64,000 nucleotides of DNA from Marsupella aquatica (GCA_973895155.1 OZ316897.1:17156058-17220057); one strand, 5' to 3'. Counted from the stretch's first letter, positions 37,909-51,487 are shown. The notes: generated by a model not told the origin, from the letters alone. A program made the numbers and translations.

Positions 37909-39282
37909 GAAAATATCGTATAAGAACTCTCACCAACCCATCTATCAGTTGTGAGCAGTACAGATTCATCACTTCTCCCACTATCCTAGAAAGTCGAAAA
38001 ATAGAGTAGCATTCATCATTGCTCCCACTAAGCCAAAAATATTTTATTTCAGAAAAGCTGGAGAGCAGCACGTACAGGCTCAGTGGATTTGAGGAAAGGG
38101 TTACTTATTAGGGGTGTTGGTTGGCTTCTGATTTGAGGTGCACCTTAGGATGCATGGGTAGTTCAGGCATGCCAGTTCCGAGTCAGTAGGTGGACAGGTG
38201 CCTTTGTCACCTGGGAGTCACCGTCAGCAAATGATGGGCCTTAGCTTGAGATAGATCAATACACAAGTGATCTCAAAGAACTAGTTGGCACATTACAAAC
38301 AGGACTATAAGTTCTACCAATGGAAAAGGTTTCTTAGTAGCTGGACCCCAGACCTAAGTTAGGGCACTACAATGCTTAAATGTATATGTGAGGCAAAGTT
38401 GTTCAATATATATATATAATTTACTTGAATTGTGTGAAAGGGACTACAGATGTAATTCTGTGGGCGATGGTCTGGTTGCTTTCCACTCGTTTTCTCCTTG
38501 TTGGCCTTGTCCACTTGACTGAATGTGTTTGGTCTTTGTGTGACGTCTGGCCTTTGACCGTTTTTTGTGGTCTGGCCGTTTTACTCCCTGTCTTATTGGG
38601 TTTTACTTTCCATATAAGTAAAGTGCTCCATTCAAGACAACAACAACAAAATTCAAGGTAATGCAAATAAGTATTTTTGCCCTAAGTATATATGCCAGTA
38701 TATATGGATACATGAATATTGACCAATCAAATTTCCTTGATAAATTGAATGTGCACCTTTAGATCTGGCGAGTAGGTCCCTTGTCTAGGGAGGTATTTGG
38801 GGAGCAAAATTTCAGTTTTTTTTTTGTTATTACTGGAAACAAATGGTGGATAAAACTTTTGTGAAAATTAGCCAGCATTGAAGCGGGCGTCGAAGGAAAC
38901 GTCCATCTCAATCTGTTCCTAAAACTCGGTGAAAGAACAATTGAGATCCAAAACCTCGTGAACACGAGCAATGGATTACCCCAATAACAGTCCCATCACT
39001 GTCTCCCATTCTAGTTAGCAATCTACACTAGTTTGACAACTGTACATAATTATAAGCAAAAACTTAGGTGTTAAATTGGCATCGTTCGCCGTATTTGTAA
39101 CAGCTGCAAAGACGATGCTCGAATGCTCGAACGATGCTGTGAATTTGGATTATAGGAGTTTCCAACATCTTTCAGCACGGCTGTGCACTCAAGCTAGGTA
39201 ACAGGTATGTAGCACGACCTTACAGTGAAGCTCAAGCTTAAGCTAAAGCTCACGCTCAAGCAGCAAGCAAGCAAGCAATTGC

Positions 39283-40691
39283 TCAGCAGGACACAAACTG
39301 GACGCTGCAGTACAGATGGCCAGATGCATTGCCTTGTCCATCGGTGTCAAGAGCCTTGAATCCTGGGAGGTCCAAGTCCAGTCCGTCAGCTGCCTTTTTG
39401 TCCAGTATGCATGCCTTCACAGAAGCTCCTCCGTCATTGTTCTTTATCTGCATTCAGCCGAGCGAAGGTATAGTGAGGACACCTTTAATTTTACGACGCA
39501 GCTATTCGGTTCATTACATGTATCTAGACAGTAACCAGCGTCAACCAGGATCAAAGATTTAAGGTGTCTTTGACATGCAAATTTCAATGAAGAGAAATCT
39601 TCAACTTATTGGATTCACTTGTGTAGCCTTCCCTGTCTGATGCTAAAGTCATTCCTCAGGAATGCGAAACCTTCCTGAGAGAGAATCTCAAATTGCTACT
39701 GAACATAGAAATGACCCATATAAAACATTTATCCGTGGGAATTCCTTTCTTGGGGCACCTTATCGGACGCCGCCTAGAAGTACGCTCGAAACAGAGATAC
39801 CGGACCATATACACACGTGAATCCAATAAGTTGGAGATTTCTCGTCAGTGAAACTATATCTACCAAGTTAAACAAGCTAGTAAGGATCTTGACACATTTT
39901 ATTTCCGTCTGCCCGTCCATCCATCGTCTTCAGGGGAAAGTGTCTACCCCGCCTACCAACGATTGAGCACATTCTAAATCGGTCGGCCTGGCGACATTCT
40001 GGGTCACCAAGAGTCGAGCACATTCGATAGAAAATCTAGAGGAGCAAACGAGGGCCATCTCTCACCTGACTGCAGTGACTAACATATGAAGGTGTAGGGT
40101 CGCAAATTCATCAAACAATTTGTCTAGAGCACCTCTTATTTAGAACTGCTGCTGGAAAATCAAGGGTCTGCTTCCGACTTGAAAGTAATATTATCTGCAG
40201 ATCCCTGGACCTAGTACTTTCCTTGCAACTTCATCAAGGTGATATCGACAAATCACAAAAGTGATTCAAGATAGACATTGAATTGAAACACTTTGTTCAA
40301 GACTCGGGAATCCTGTTGTAAGTGGCGTTCATACAAGCACAAATCTCTGATCTCTCGTAATCATGTGAAGATGGACAAAGACTGAGTTGAATCAAGCACT
40401 TACCTGCAAGCACTGTCCGCAAAGATTCATGCTCATGGGCGGATTGAGACTACCGCTGTACGCCACCCAGTAATCGCTCTCGCAGGCGTAAGGATTGTGG
40501 TTGTTCGGTGTATCACAATACAGCCCTTGAATGTTACCATTCTGATGTTCACTGCTGTAGTCTTGCTGCGTCACGTACACTGTCCCCAAATTTTGTGCCC
40601 ACGCACGATCAATGCCCACAGTGACCACGAGCACTGCCATCAGCCGAATTCTCCACATACTTGGGCGCGCCGAAAGGGTTGAGCTTGCCAT
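39283..40691 (-). CDS. Secreted barwin / PR-4-like protein; exons 40691-40404 and 39447-39283 (150 aa)
   Basis: Signal peptide (LMAVLVVTVGIDRAWA), then GLYCDT...YWVAYSG...LCGQCLQ|IKNNDGGASVKACILDKKAADGLDLDLPGFKALDTDGQGNASGHLYCSVQFVSC*. This matches the barwin consensus CGKCLRVTN...IVDQC.NGGLDLD..F..IDT.G.G...GHL.V.Y.FV.C. The intron is phase-0 GT-AG. Confidence 0.9.
39582..39853. mobile_element. Small inverted-repeat element (MITE-like) inside the barwin intron
   Basis: The 44-bp arms 39582-39625 (TTTCAATGAAGAGAAATCTTCAACTTATTGGATTCACTTGTGTA) and 39810-39853 are reverse complements with 4 mismatches. Confidence 0.65.
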
Positions 40692-41210
40692 GCTTTAGCC
40701 GTGTGGCTAAGCTGAGCTGAATCTGAGCCCTTTCGCCAATAATCACTGCAGCTCTAAAGCTCTAAGATGAGAACTGATTGAGCAACTATGGAATTGGAGA
40801 AAGCTAGTTACCCAAGGAGAATGATCGAAACTGGTTGAGCAACTATGAAATTGGAGAAAGCTGGTTTGCCAAAGGGACTATATATACACAAGTTGCAGAG
40901 TCGGGAAATGGGTGGATTACGTAAGAGTGACTGGGTATCCGCTTTTAAATATAACAAGGAAAATGGGGATTGAGGACATAAAGGGGAAGTCGCTGGAATC
41001 CGCTTTTAGATAACAGGGATTTGGGGATTGAGTACATAAAGGAGAAGTCGGTTACTTAACACCTACAGTAGCTATTATTTAGTTTACTAGGGGTATATGA
41101 ACTCACGGCTCATGCCATTATGAAGATTTCCCTTGCAAGGGTCCTTGCAATGGCCATACGTTACCCTATACCTTTTACTTTACTGACCTGGATGCCTGAA
41201 GACCTGGATG

Positions 41211-41373
41211 CAAGGAAAGACTTAACAGGACCCCTGGACTCAACAGTCCACCTGCTACTCTGCCCATCTTACCTGCTACTCTGCCCATCTTGCCCAGGTC
41301 TTCATGGCATCTTACTCACAAGGGTCTGGTTAAGTCCAGGAGATGCGAGAGGGTCCTGTTAAGTCTTTTCTTG
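41211..41373. mobile_element. 163-bp MITE with 23-bp TIRs and 9-bp TSD ACCTGGATG (Mutator-type)
   Basis: CAAGGAAAGACTTAACAGGACCC at 41211-41233 pairs with GGGTCCTGTTAAGTCTTTTCTTG at 41351-41373 (1 mismatch). ACCTGGATG lies at 41202-41210 and 41374-41382, and there is an internal 21-bp duplication. Confidence 0.75.
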
Positions 41374-41464
41374 ACCTGGATGGCCCTAGACTAGACTTAA
41401 AATGTGTTTATTTACTTCTACATCAAATTTGACAGACCAGGGGTCTAGTTGATAAAAGTTAGTT

Positions 41465-43248
41465 TAGGGGAATCTCAAGAGGGATATGCTTAATAGGCCC
41501 CCTCCTGGAGATACTTTGCTTAATCAACCCCTTGGAGACTTTTTTGCCCCAATGAGCCCCTCTTTATGATCCGTACCCTTTGTTCTTGTGTTCTTGTGTA
41601 AGTTCGTATAAAGTGATTTTTCAAAATAAAGACCAAACTAGGTGACAGTGCACTGTACCCGTTCAACCACAAACTATGCAGTGACTAGGAAAAAATCACA
41701 GTGACCGTGCAAAGATTGAACAACAACTATTACCATGCGCAAGAACTGAACTGCAAGCATTTGCACGTTCTCGCCGCTTCTATCGACATTAGGGTTATCT
41801 TATGCAAATACATTGACATGACTGCCTTCACTTAATTTGTAAATGGATTTCCACAATTTTTTTGATATCCTCCCATTCCGTCTTTTGGCCCATGCTCAAA
41901 CGGTAACTTACAACTCTACACAGCTTTTCACAAGGCGCACTGCACACTGACCTACCACCCCACCTACCACCATCAAGACCTAACACCTAAACCCTACAAC
42001 CCTACAACTGTAAATAGCTCCTTCATATGGAGAGTTTCCATAATTTAATTGGTAATGTCAGATCATGATTTAGTCATGGCTTATATGAATGCACTCAACA
42101 AGAACCATGGCTATAAACTAGTAAGACAATCAAATGAAAGGGAAACAACCCAAGGTTAAGTTACAATAACCAGATCTTACATTACAAAACCAGTCACTGA
42201 AATGTTAATGGGGGACTAGTATTTATTACTAGATGCAAATTGAATATAGGAAAAACCTTCAGTTTGGAGGTAGTCTCAAAAATTTGTGAGACCCTTAACA
42301 CCACATCATTCACATTCAAGTTGGTCGCCCACTAATTAAAATTGCAAACTGGAAGGATGTACATTGCAAGAAAATGACAAGTATTTCAGGGTTGGGGTTT
42401 GAGGGTTTTCTAATACCCAAACAGTGCTAGAAGACATTGTGGGCATTGTCTTTTCATCACACTTAGCATTTTTTCCAGCAAGAGTATATGGTGCTTGCCC
42501 CAGCCATTTAGGCGGAGGTAATCGGGGGGTAAATGGCCGACACGGATGCTTTTGGAAAACATTGTGGACATTGTCTTCCCACTACACTTAGCATTTTTCC
42601 AGCGAGAGTAAATGTTGCTCGCCCAAGTCATTCAGGCGGGAGTAAATGGCTGACACTGGTGGTTTTGGAAGACATTGTGGACATTGTCTTCTTACCACAC
42701 TTAGCATTTTTTCCAGGAAGAGACTATATGTTGCTCGCCCAAGCCATTCGGACAGGGGTAAATGGCCAACACTGGTGGCATGTCTCAATGGTGGCAGGTC
42801 CATGCGCCATGCACCTCGTGAAAAACTGCGTAAAGTTGTTAATGTTTGAGCGTGAACGAAAGACATAATGGAAGGATATAAAAAAAATGTGGAAATCCAT
42901 TTACAAAGTGAAGACATTCATGTCAATGTATTTGCATAGAGGCGGCGCAAACATGCAAACTCTTGCAGTTCAGTTCTTGTGCATGGTAAGAGTTGTTGTT
43001 TGATCTTTGCACAGTCACTACTATTTTTTCCCGGTCATTGCATAGTTTGTGGTTGAATGGGTACAGTGCAGTGTCACCCAGTTTGGTCTTTGTAAGGCTG
43101 AAAACTCACTTTATAAGAACTTACACAAGAACAAAGGGTACGGATCATAAAGAGGGGGCTGATTGGGGCCAAAAAGAATTCAGCGGGTTGATTAAGCAAA
43201 GTATCCTGGAGTATGCCTATTAAGTGTATCCCTTGGAATCTCGAAAAA
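41465..43248. mobile_element. Non-autonomous foldback / long-TIR element with ~480-bp diverged arms and internal ~120-bp tandem repeats
   Basis: ~41470-41960 is the reverse complement of ~42770-43245 (e.g. CTCTTTATGATCCGTACCCTTTGTTCTTGTG vs CACAAGAACAAAGGGTACGGATCATAAAGAG). Three copies of ACATTGTGG(G/A)CATTGTCTT...CACACTTAGCATTTTT lie at 42430-42780. No clear TSD. Confidence 0.8.
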
Positions 43249-43469
43249 CTGCATGATTGCAAATACCTCCAAGAATGTCAGCTATTGTAAGGCCCAGGAC
43301 GGTACAATAGAGGGAATCCGAAGGAACCAGAGCGAAAAAGAGATTGATCCTGAGATCCCCACTCTTTTCTCAACATCTGTGTTACATAAATTAATACCTT
43401 GAGTACCCTAAACTGCTTTCTACCAAACTTTGGGGATGCATACCTTCATATCTTCCACCAAAGAGCATA

Positions 43470-44095
43470 CTGTCAATTGCTTTGAAGCTCGGGGGTCTCA
43501 CTATATGGATGTCTCCCCATCACTTGCGACGTTTTTAGGCCTCGGACCTTCTAAAATGTAACCAACAAAAATATTTTTAACCCCTATAAAGTTAGAATAT
43601 TCTTAGAATATTCCAAAATTTTGGTTATACGGACCCTAATGTTTTTATAAGTTTCAAAATTTGATTTAAAAGACCCTATTGCTCGGGGGGTTGACTATCA
43701 AAAATCTTAGGAACCACGTGCGATCCAAAATAGGTATTTTTGATAAAAATTAACTAAATTTTTAAAAAACGTGAGAGGCAAAAGAAGGTATTATAAACTC
43801 ATGTTTATAGAATATTCTCTAATATATATTTTTTATAATATAAAATAGGTTATTAATATTGAAAATGGAGAATATTCTTGAAATATTTTCTTTATAAAAT
43901 AGGTCTATTTATATTAGGCTAGGATCGCACATGGTACCCCAAAATATACACTTAGTTAACCCCCCGAGCCCTATTGTTCTTCTCATAAAAAAATTAGGTC
44001 TTCCTTTTCAATCAACATAATGACCCTATACTTCGGCGCACGTGATGTGTCATTTTTGTGGAAGTCAAACCCCCGAGCTTTGAAGGCATCCAATG
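43470..44095. mobile_element. AT-rich element with nested inverted repeats (MITE-like)
   Basis: Three nested pairs: AAGCTCGGGGGT (~43485) with ACCCCCGAGCTT (~44069); GCTCGGGGGGTTGACTA (43681) with TAGTTAACCCCCCGAGC (~43953); GGAACCACGTGCGATCC (43710) with GGATCGCACATGGTACC (43922). Confidence 0.55.
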
Positions 44096-45156
44096 CAAAA
44101 GAATTAACGAGTTTAGTGAGTCACTGAGTTCAAATAAACAGTTTTCAAGACTGGTTTACCATGCAACACATTCTAGATTTTCCTCTCAAGCCATTGCTCG
44201 AATTCTCTTGAAGTAGAGTACAAAGGGTAATCCATTTATTAATGCGTCATAACCTTTCATGAAACAATGATGTTCCTAGGCTCTGATGTGATTTTCCTTC
44301 GCCCACTACACTTGAATGCCCAGATGTTAAAGTCCACTCAATAGGGCATCTCAAAGCTTCAAAGTTGCCAATCAGGTTGCCAATGATGGCTTTTGGCAGC
44401 CAACAAATGGTCATAATGTTTTTGGAGGGCTATGTGAAAGTTTGGTTTTTTTTTCACTAGCCTAGTGACTTATGGTCATTGCATATAATCAATCAATATC
44501 ACAAAAAATGATGGCTTATGAATTTGGTACTCCATAACTTTTTCTGTCTGACTTGTGGTTATGGCATAGAACCAATCAATATCATGTTTATGAATTTGGT
44601 ACTACATAATTTTTTCTGTCATCACATTAATCTTTGAGATCCAAAAATTATCGCTTATGAATTTGGTACTCTCATAAGTTTTTCTGTCCATCAAAATAAT
44701 CTTTGAGATCCCCAGTATCTCAACATTATGCTGGAGAAGGAATGAGCTTCAGACAAGCCAAATGTCCAAAGCCCCTGACCTCATCTTGATCAACAGAAAG
44801 AACAGGCTTTGAAGAAATCACATCGGTCTGCTTACCCCACGTAGACAGTAATCGGGTCCATGTAGCTTATGTACAATTCTGACAACAGCCAAAAGTGTTT
44901 GGCCTGGTCACCACGTCTTTGATTTGTCTTAGTTCCATGGCCATAAAAACGTTCTGAAAGAGATAAATTGAATTGGCTAATTGACTGTTGTGAGCGTAAC
45001 AATCCCTTCTCATCTTCGACCAGTTCTCAACATCTCTGTTTGCTGAAGTTTTCCAATTCCTAGCCTATACATCCCCAACTTCATAAACCGGCCCAATTTG
45101 CTCCTTCCCACCATATATGAGTTCTTGCAGAGATCCAAATTCTTCAGCGGTAAAGC

Positions 45157-45560
45157 CTATTTTTTTGTCACAGCATTTCTTGTAGCTTGGCTGGATTCGG
45201 GTGGATGCAATTCTCTTACTTGAACGTTCCTCAAACTTTGGCTGGGTTCTGTTTGATGAATCTCTTCATCAGTGAGCCTCTTCGCTTTGCTGGGTCCCAT
45301 TTCACGAAACTCGTACACTTGACCCTTCTGTCTCACTCGAATGTTCCTAATGCCTGGGTCAGACTCGATTTCATGGAACTCTTTTACTTGAACGTCCCTC
45401 CTTGCTTGGCTGGACTCTGCTTCATGAAACGTTTTTACTTGTATGTTCCTCACTGCCCCGCTGAAATTCACTTCATGAGACTCTATCACTTGACTGCTCC
45501 TAGTTGCTCGGTTGGGTTCCACCCCGTCAGGTTCCATTTCATGAAACTCAGCAATTTAGC
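45157..45560 (-). other. Degenerate ~51-bp repeats forming a short ORF with ~17-aa repeats (possible decayed gene)
   Basis: The ORF repeats the motif (R)N(I/V)QV(K/R)(E/T)FHExE(P/S)SQ about 6 times. Upstream frames are riddled with stops. Confidence 0.35.
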
Positions 45561-46843
45561 TGATCTACTAGGAACTCGCCATATCTACTCTCGTCAGCTT
45601 TCTGTACTTCACCTCCTGTGGCGGTTCCTGTAAGCATTAGTTGGGCCTTATTGTATCCTAAAATTCACCCGTCTCGTCGGTAAGAAATCGACCTTCACTA
45701 ATTTAAAAGAAGATATACATCACCCAGCAGTTCTGTATGGAAGAAGCTCAATCATGGCAGGGAGGACATCACGGACAGACAAGGGGGGGCACAGATTGAA
45801 TGCATTCGCCAGTTTTGATCCTCAGCTCTGGTTGGGGACACATTTCTGAGATGTCCCTTTCTGCTGTTGGCAAACTTGCTATTGTTGTAGGGAAGTTGGA
45901 GTTGATGAGCCGGCTATTGAAATTTCGTTCACTCTTGCTTTCCCAATGAGTGGGTCGTAATTAAATAGGTGCAGAGGTAGTCCTCACCAAACTCTGGAGA
46001 TGACGGCGTAATCCCACGTCCTTCTCCACTCATATATTTGACTAGAATAAGGTGGATCCAGCCAGATTAGGACGTGGCCATTTGAGATGACCAAGTAATG
46101 TGAGGAGTAGAGTAATAGCAATCTATTATGCCTGCGGAGCACTGACTGGTGAAGTTGTGAGTGCGAGACAGAAATAGAACGATAAAGAATATGAATGATA
46201 CTTCGACACGTAAGATCAACTATGAAGCAGAGTCAGGAATTCTGAACAATTTCATGAACCCTAAACCAATCAATTAAGCTTTGAAATAATTCCTTCGCCG
46301 TTGGTCCAGAGAAGTACAATTGCCAACTTTGAACTCCACTCCGCCAATCTATCCGAAACACCATCTAGATGTGACACACAGAACAGCTAGAAAGAGAGCC
46401 AAAACCGACTTCCATTAGGAGATCGCACTCTGAACGACAGTCAAGCCCCTAGTCACATGTGCGACACCCTGTGTCGGGCCGAAAAACCTCAACCCCGACT
46501 CTTCTGCGTGTTATACATGGCCATCCAGATGTCGGGCGTTGCAATAGGTTATGTTGAAACCCAAAGCCAGCCAGACAAGAACATCAATCAAGAACAAGAC
46601 ATATCATGCTTTTCTCTGAGAATGAGCCGATTAACTGGCCGAAACATCTTGATTTTACAGTCCACGCTTGTTACCACTAGTGAGGTAGCTCTCGCCAGCG
46701 CCAGCCCGGGGTATATCCTTCCTATAAAATGACATCCACAAATTGAAAAAGGCATACGGAATATAGGGTGGCTTTAAGTGCTATTTGGAAACCAGGAAGC
46801 ACCCCTCGGAATAACCACCTGAATGTCGTGCCTACTTTCATCA

Positions 46844-49285
46844 CTAATCACGCTCACTGATTGCAGTCAAGTGGTGATCAACTTCTGTGGTTGATAGGAC
46901 TCGGAACTTTGGGTCCTCTGCACTAACAACCCCAACCTGCCAGCCGGAAGCAAAGAATAGAACGGCGTCAGCTCACTTTCCTGTCACTGAAGTTGAGTGC
47001 CATCAGGCAAGCCCTCCGACAGACCTTCAACCGTTGAAATAGTACATTTCTGGGAATAGCTTTGGTGACATCAGTTCTGATTTCTGAGCTATATGTTTGA
47101 ACACCACATAGCATGCATTACACTTCCCATCAAAACTCTGCACATGAAGTTCCCCCTTACCTCAATCTCAGTAGGTTTGAAGTCCTCTAAGAGAATTGAT
47201 TGCAAAGCTGAAATTGCAGTCTGCACAGCACAACAGTGCTACTACCGTTAAACTTTGTGAAGACTTGATGCAGACTATCAATAGAATGATCCACTGAATA
47301 TGGTTTTCGGCCGTGTTAACAATAACCTTCATGCCTCTTAACAATGATAGAGGCCATAGTCCCCTGTGAATGGAAAGTTTATCCAAAGCGGAAGAGATCA
47401 ATAGATCTGACAATAAAATACCTGTACAGTCTCGTCATAGGTTAATTTAGGATCATTTTTCATCTTTTTCTCCAGAAAGTTCACGGCTTCCTGCTCCTTC
47501 GACCCTGAGCTTGTCGCCTGCATAGATGTCCCAATACGTACATGGCACGAAGAATATCAAAGTCACTTCTATGAAAGATGTATGAACTAAGCTAGACCCC
47601 AGAAGAAGGAAGGACAGTAATTACTCACCTTGTAACCAACATAGTGGCCAGCTGGATCACACTTATAAAGCTGGGGTCCAAGCTCATCATCAATTCCAAT
47701 GACCATGGCAGCTGCAGAGCGCAAGAAGATGTCAACCAACAATAATGTGTAAAACGAGATACTAGGTTAACCACTTTGACCATACACTCAGAAATCCTAA
47801 CTTACAATAGTTGACCAACCTCAGGGGACAATCCAGGCGTAGTTGGAAAGCTCATTAAAATGAATCTACAAGAAGCATGACCTGGACCAAACAGACAACC
47901 GAAGTGACACAAACTCGAAGCATACAAGAAAGGAGTTTATAGATATGGTTTAAGGGGAATAACAGTACTGCCAGAGAGCAGAAACTGTACGCATACTTAT
48001 GTGATCAAACAACAAAAACCACTAAGGATGCTACAAAACAATTGCCATTGTAAGTCCGGCACTCACCAACTCCGAGCGGCCGCATATAAGCATGTTGAGT
48101 ATAGACTTGCGACTTATCTGCTAGCCTGAATGCAAAGGTCCAACTCGACATAAGTTATTCCTAGTTTGACCTAATTTGCTGTCATGGTGCGCAGAGGAAT
48201 AATAAGAGACAAGAGAATACACCATGGTGCCGTACCTCTTTGCAAGGTAGTCAACAGGAACTTCGTAGCCCAACTTAAATTTAAACTCTGCTGCCTCATT
48301 TCTTGCATGTTGTACTAATGATCGTGCATCAGCTGTAGTAGAGATGACATTGTATTAGAACTCCGGAGAGAATTGACCATCTTTGGCGTTCTGTAGACCC
48401 TCAAAAAGCCAGAATAATTTAACAACTCACCAACGATCCATACAAACTACGCTGAATCAAAATAAGATTTACCTGTCATGCCTGTCGCGAGCAGTCCAAT
48501 AAACTTTGTGATTGGAAACAAATGGGACACACTGGTACGATCCAGCAATTTGTCCTGTACATCGAAGATGCTGGACGAGTTAGAGACTATAATCGTATGC
48601 CCCTGTTGGGAATGTCAAGAGAGAGGTCCTTAAACCCTAAATTGCTCCTCTAACGTCCACCATCTGAAGTTCCGCCCGTGAAATTGAACCCCAAGACAAG
48701 AGAAAAGAGCCCACTGGAAAGGACTGCTAGCAAAATTAGAGAGGACACGGGGGGACATCGTACCGGAACTTTCTTCTGAGTAACAACGCATACTGAATCT
48801 TTGCCACGAACTCCGATAGAAGTGATTCCGGCAGCTTTCACCGCCTTGAAGGCATACTCTACATTTCACAACAGTCATAATTAAGGTTAGTATCCTTTTC
48901 CCTCCTCGCTATCCCTCTCTCCTCCTCCACTACTTGTTAGTCCGAGCCCTCCTCTGCAATAGAGTCTTTAGCCTGCTCACGCGGCGACCTAGGGAAAACA
49001 TGACCAATCCAATCTCTCCCTCTTGTCGAAACGACGACCCAAATTAGGGCAAAAGAGTGGCAAGCGTTACAGAGGAGGAGGGTAACGCAATTCAGAATCC
49101 AACGGAGCCAATGAGGAACAAATCCTCCACTCCTTCATTCATTCATTCATTCATCCATTCATTCATTTATGGGACGGGCGATGTGAAGTGCGAGTGTGAG
49201 ACCACTTACCGACTTGAAACAGGCGACCTTCGGGGGAGAAGATGGTGATGTGACGATCATATCCGGCGCCTGTTCCTCTACTCAT
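46844..49285 (-). CDS. PAA1: 20S proteasome subunit alpha type-6 (alpha1, PAA); exons 49285-49210, 48858-48764, 48554-48473, 48332-48236, 48125-48067, 47711-47629, 47517-47422, 47220-47161, 46936-46844 (246 aa)
   Basis: [62 protein letters not shown]...[11 protein letters not shown]...KCDPAGHY...LTAISERD*. Nine exons total 741 nt, and all introns are GT-AG. Confidence 0.97.
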
Positions 49286-49569
49286 CGTGCTGAGCTACGC
49301 GACTCCTTCCTTTCTTCTGCGAAGCGCTCTTCCTTGAGAGATCGAGTTCTTCCTTGAGCGATCGAGAGAGAGAGAGATTGCAAAATTGGAACCCGAAGAC
49401 GTGTGAGGGAGAGTTCTCAAGAATGTCGTCCGAGTAAACGCTTCGTCGCGAAGCGAAGGACTTCACCGTTTTCCCAAAGCAATCGTCACTTACAGCCTTA
49501 CAGCTTTGCTTACATGTAACCAGGTGTTTCCTCTTACAAAATGGAATGAACTTGCTACAATAGAAACTC

Positions 49570-49754
49570 CAGAGAGATACTTGATGGACCCCAAAAATGC
49601 AAAATGGAAACTCCATAAAGATATTTGATGGACCCCCAAAATGCAAAGTGTTACTTATGGACCCATGAGTGATCTGGACCGTTGATCTATCTCAAATCAA
49701 TGTACCCAAAAGCTCATGGGGTCTCATGGGGTCCATCAAGTATAATTATCTCTC
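49570..49754. mobile_element. ~185-bp Mutator-type MITE upstream of PAA with candidate 9-bp TSD TAGAAACTC
   Basis: GAGAGATACTTGATGGACCCC pairs imperfectly with GGGGTCCATCAAGTATAATTATCTCTC. TAGAAACTC lies at 49561-49569 and 49755-49763. Confidence 0.55.
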
Positions 49755-51487
49755 TAGAAACTCTCGGTGTGTCAAAATGCTCCCATGGAGTTTTGCAACT
49801 CAGATGGACCACATTTAACTCACAATATCAGAGAGAATATTACTAATTAGTCCATCCCAGTTGTGTGGTTTCTGTCTACGGTCTATGGGAACATTGTATT
49901 CTTGATTACCTGTTCCGTGAATCTAAATAGAATAGAGATTATGACCAAAGAAAATCTTGCCAACAAAAAGAATTCTATGCTAACTCGAGTTTATATTTGC
50001 CCCATCTTATTGTTTTGTTCACCCTCACTTTGTCCTTATTTTTTAGTCCAGTGTTATCCTCAATTGGAGTTAGGGTGTCCTTGTTTAGAGTCCAATGTTG
50101 TCCTTATTTTTGAGTCAAGTTTTGTCCTTATGTGGAGTAAGGGTCTAGAGGCTTCACTCTAGACCCTTGCCCATAAGCTATTTATTAGTAAGATTGCAAT
50201 TGACAATAGGGAGTCTCAAATTTTATAATTTGACTGACCTTAACTCTCTACTTACCAGTTATGGACACAAAAAAATTTGGACTACCAAATTCAGAGTCCA
50301 CAACTTTTTGGCATTAAGATTGGCCATATGCCATTACATTAATCACTCTAGAGGCTAATCAAAAATTACAAAACTTTTACATGCCTTGTGAAAAGGTTAT
50401 GACTTCCTTAGTCATCATCTGTAATTTTGAAGCTTTGAGATGCACTAATATTGTCAGTGTTTTTTAATCGTATTCACAAATGTGTCAAAGTTTGGTATAT
50501 TATGGATGAGTGCTTTTATTGTTTTTACAAATCTTCTTTTAAAACTTTGCCACTAAAGATGTTCCAATTGACAATATTGCCATCAGTTTTTTTTTGTACT
50601 GACAAATATGTCACGGTTTTGTATGTGGATGACAAGTTCACCAATCTAACCAAGGTAGTGAAATGCAAAAACTGTAGCACATTTGGAAATACAATAAAAA
50701 CAGTGACAATATTGTAAATTTGGAACTTCTTTACTGGCAATGTATTATTGTGTTTACAGCATATATGCCAAGGTGTTCGTGTATAGATGGCAAGTACACC
50801 AACATAACCAAGCTAACCATATATGAAACTGTGACATATTTGTACACACAATAAAGATACTGGTAGCATTGTCAATTTACACATCCTTAGTGGCAATGTA
50901 GTTAAAAGTTGTTTCTAAAGGAAGATTCATAAACTACTCACACAAGCTACAGATTCACTAAAACCTTTTGATTCTATCATATTTCCCAAAGTGGTCAAAA
51001 GTATCAACCTGGGCTCAAAATTAATTAAGAGGGAAGTTACCAAAGCTACTAGCCTGGCAGAATACAAATCAAGGCAATGTCTTGTCTAACATGGACCCTA
51101 ACTCTATAAATGTATACAAGTGTTGGCTGAACACAAACCAGCACAAATATTGGTTTTAACAAGGACCCTAACTCCATAAATGTATCCAAGTGCTTGGTCG
51201 ACCACTAGCCACACAAAATTGGAAACAATGTGTTTAAGGTACTATCCCATCAGCCCTCACCCTCAAATTTTGTTTGAGGGCAAGAATGTGGCTCATTGCA
51301 TGCCTCCTCTGCAGGTCACCTTCTCATGTGCCTGCTCATGTGTTGAGGGCAATTCTGACCTAACCGGGACTGGGTGTTGAATGAAGGTAAGTGAGCAAAG
51401 GGGAACAACAACATTTTTCTTTGTGAGTGAAGAGGGAAGTAACAACAAGTGATTTTGTTACGCATTCAATACCAGCTCCATTTGCCT

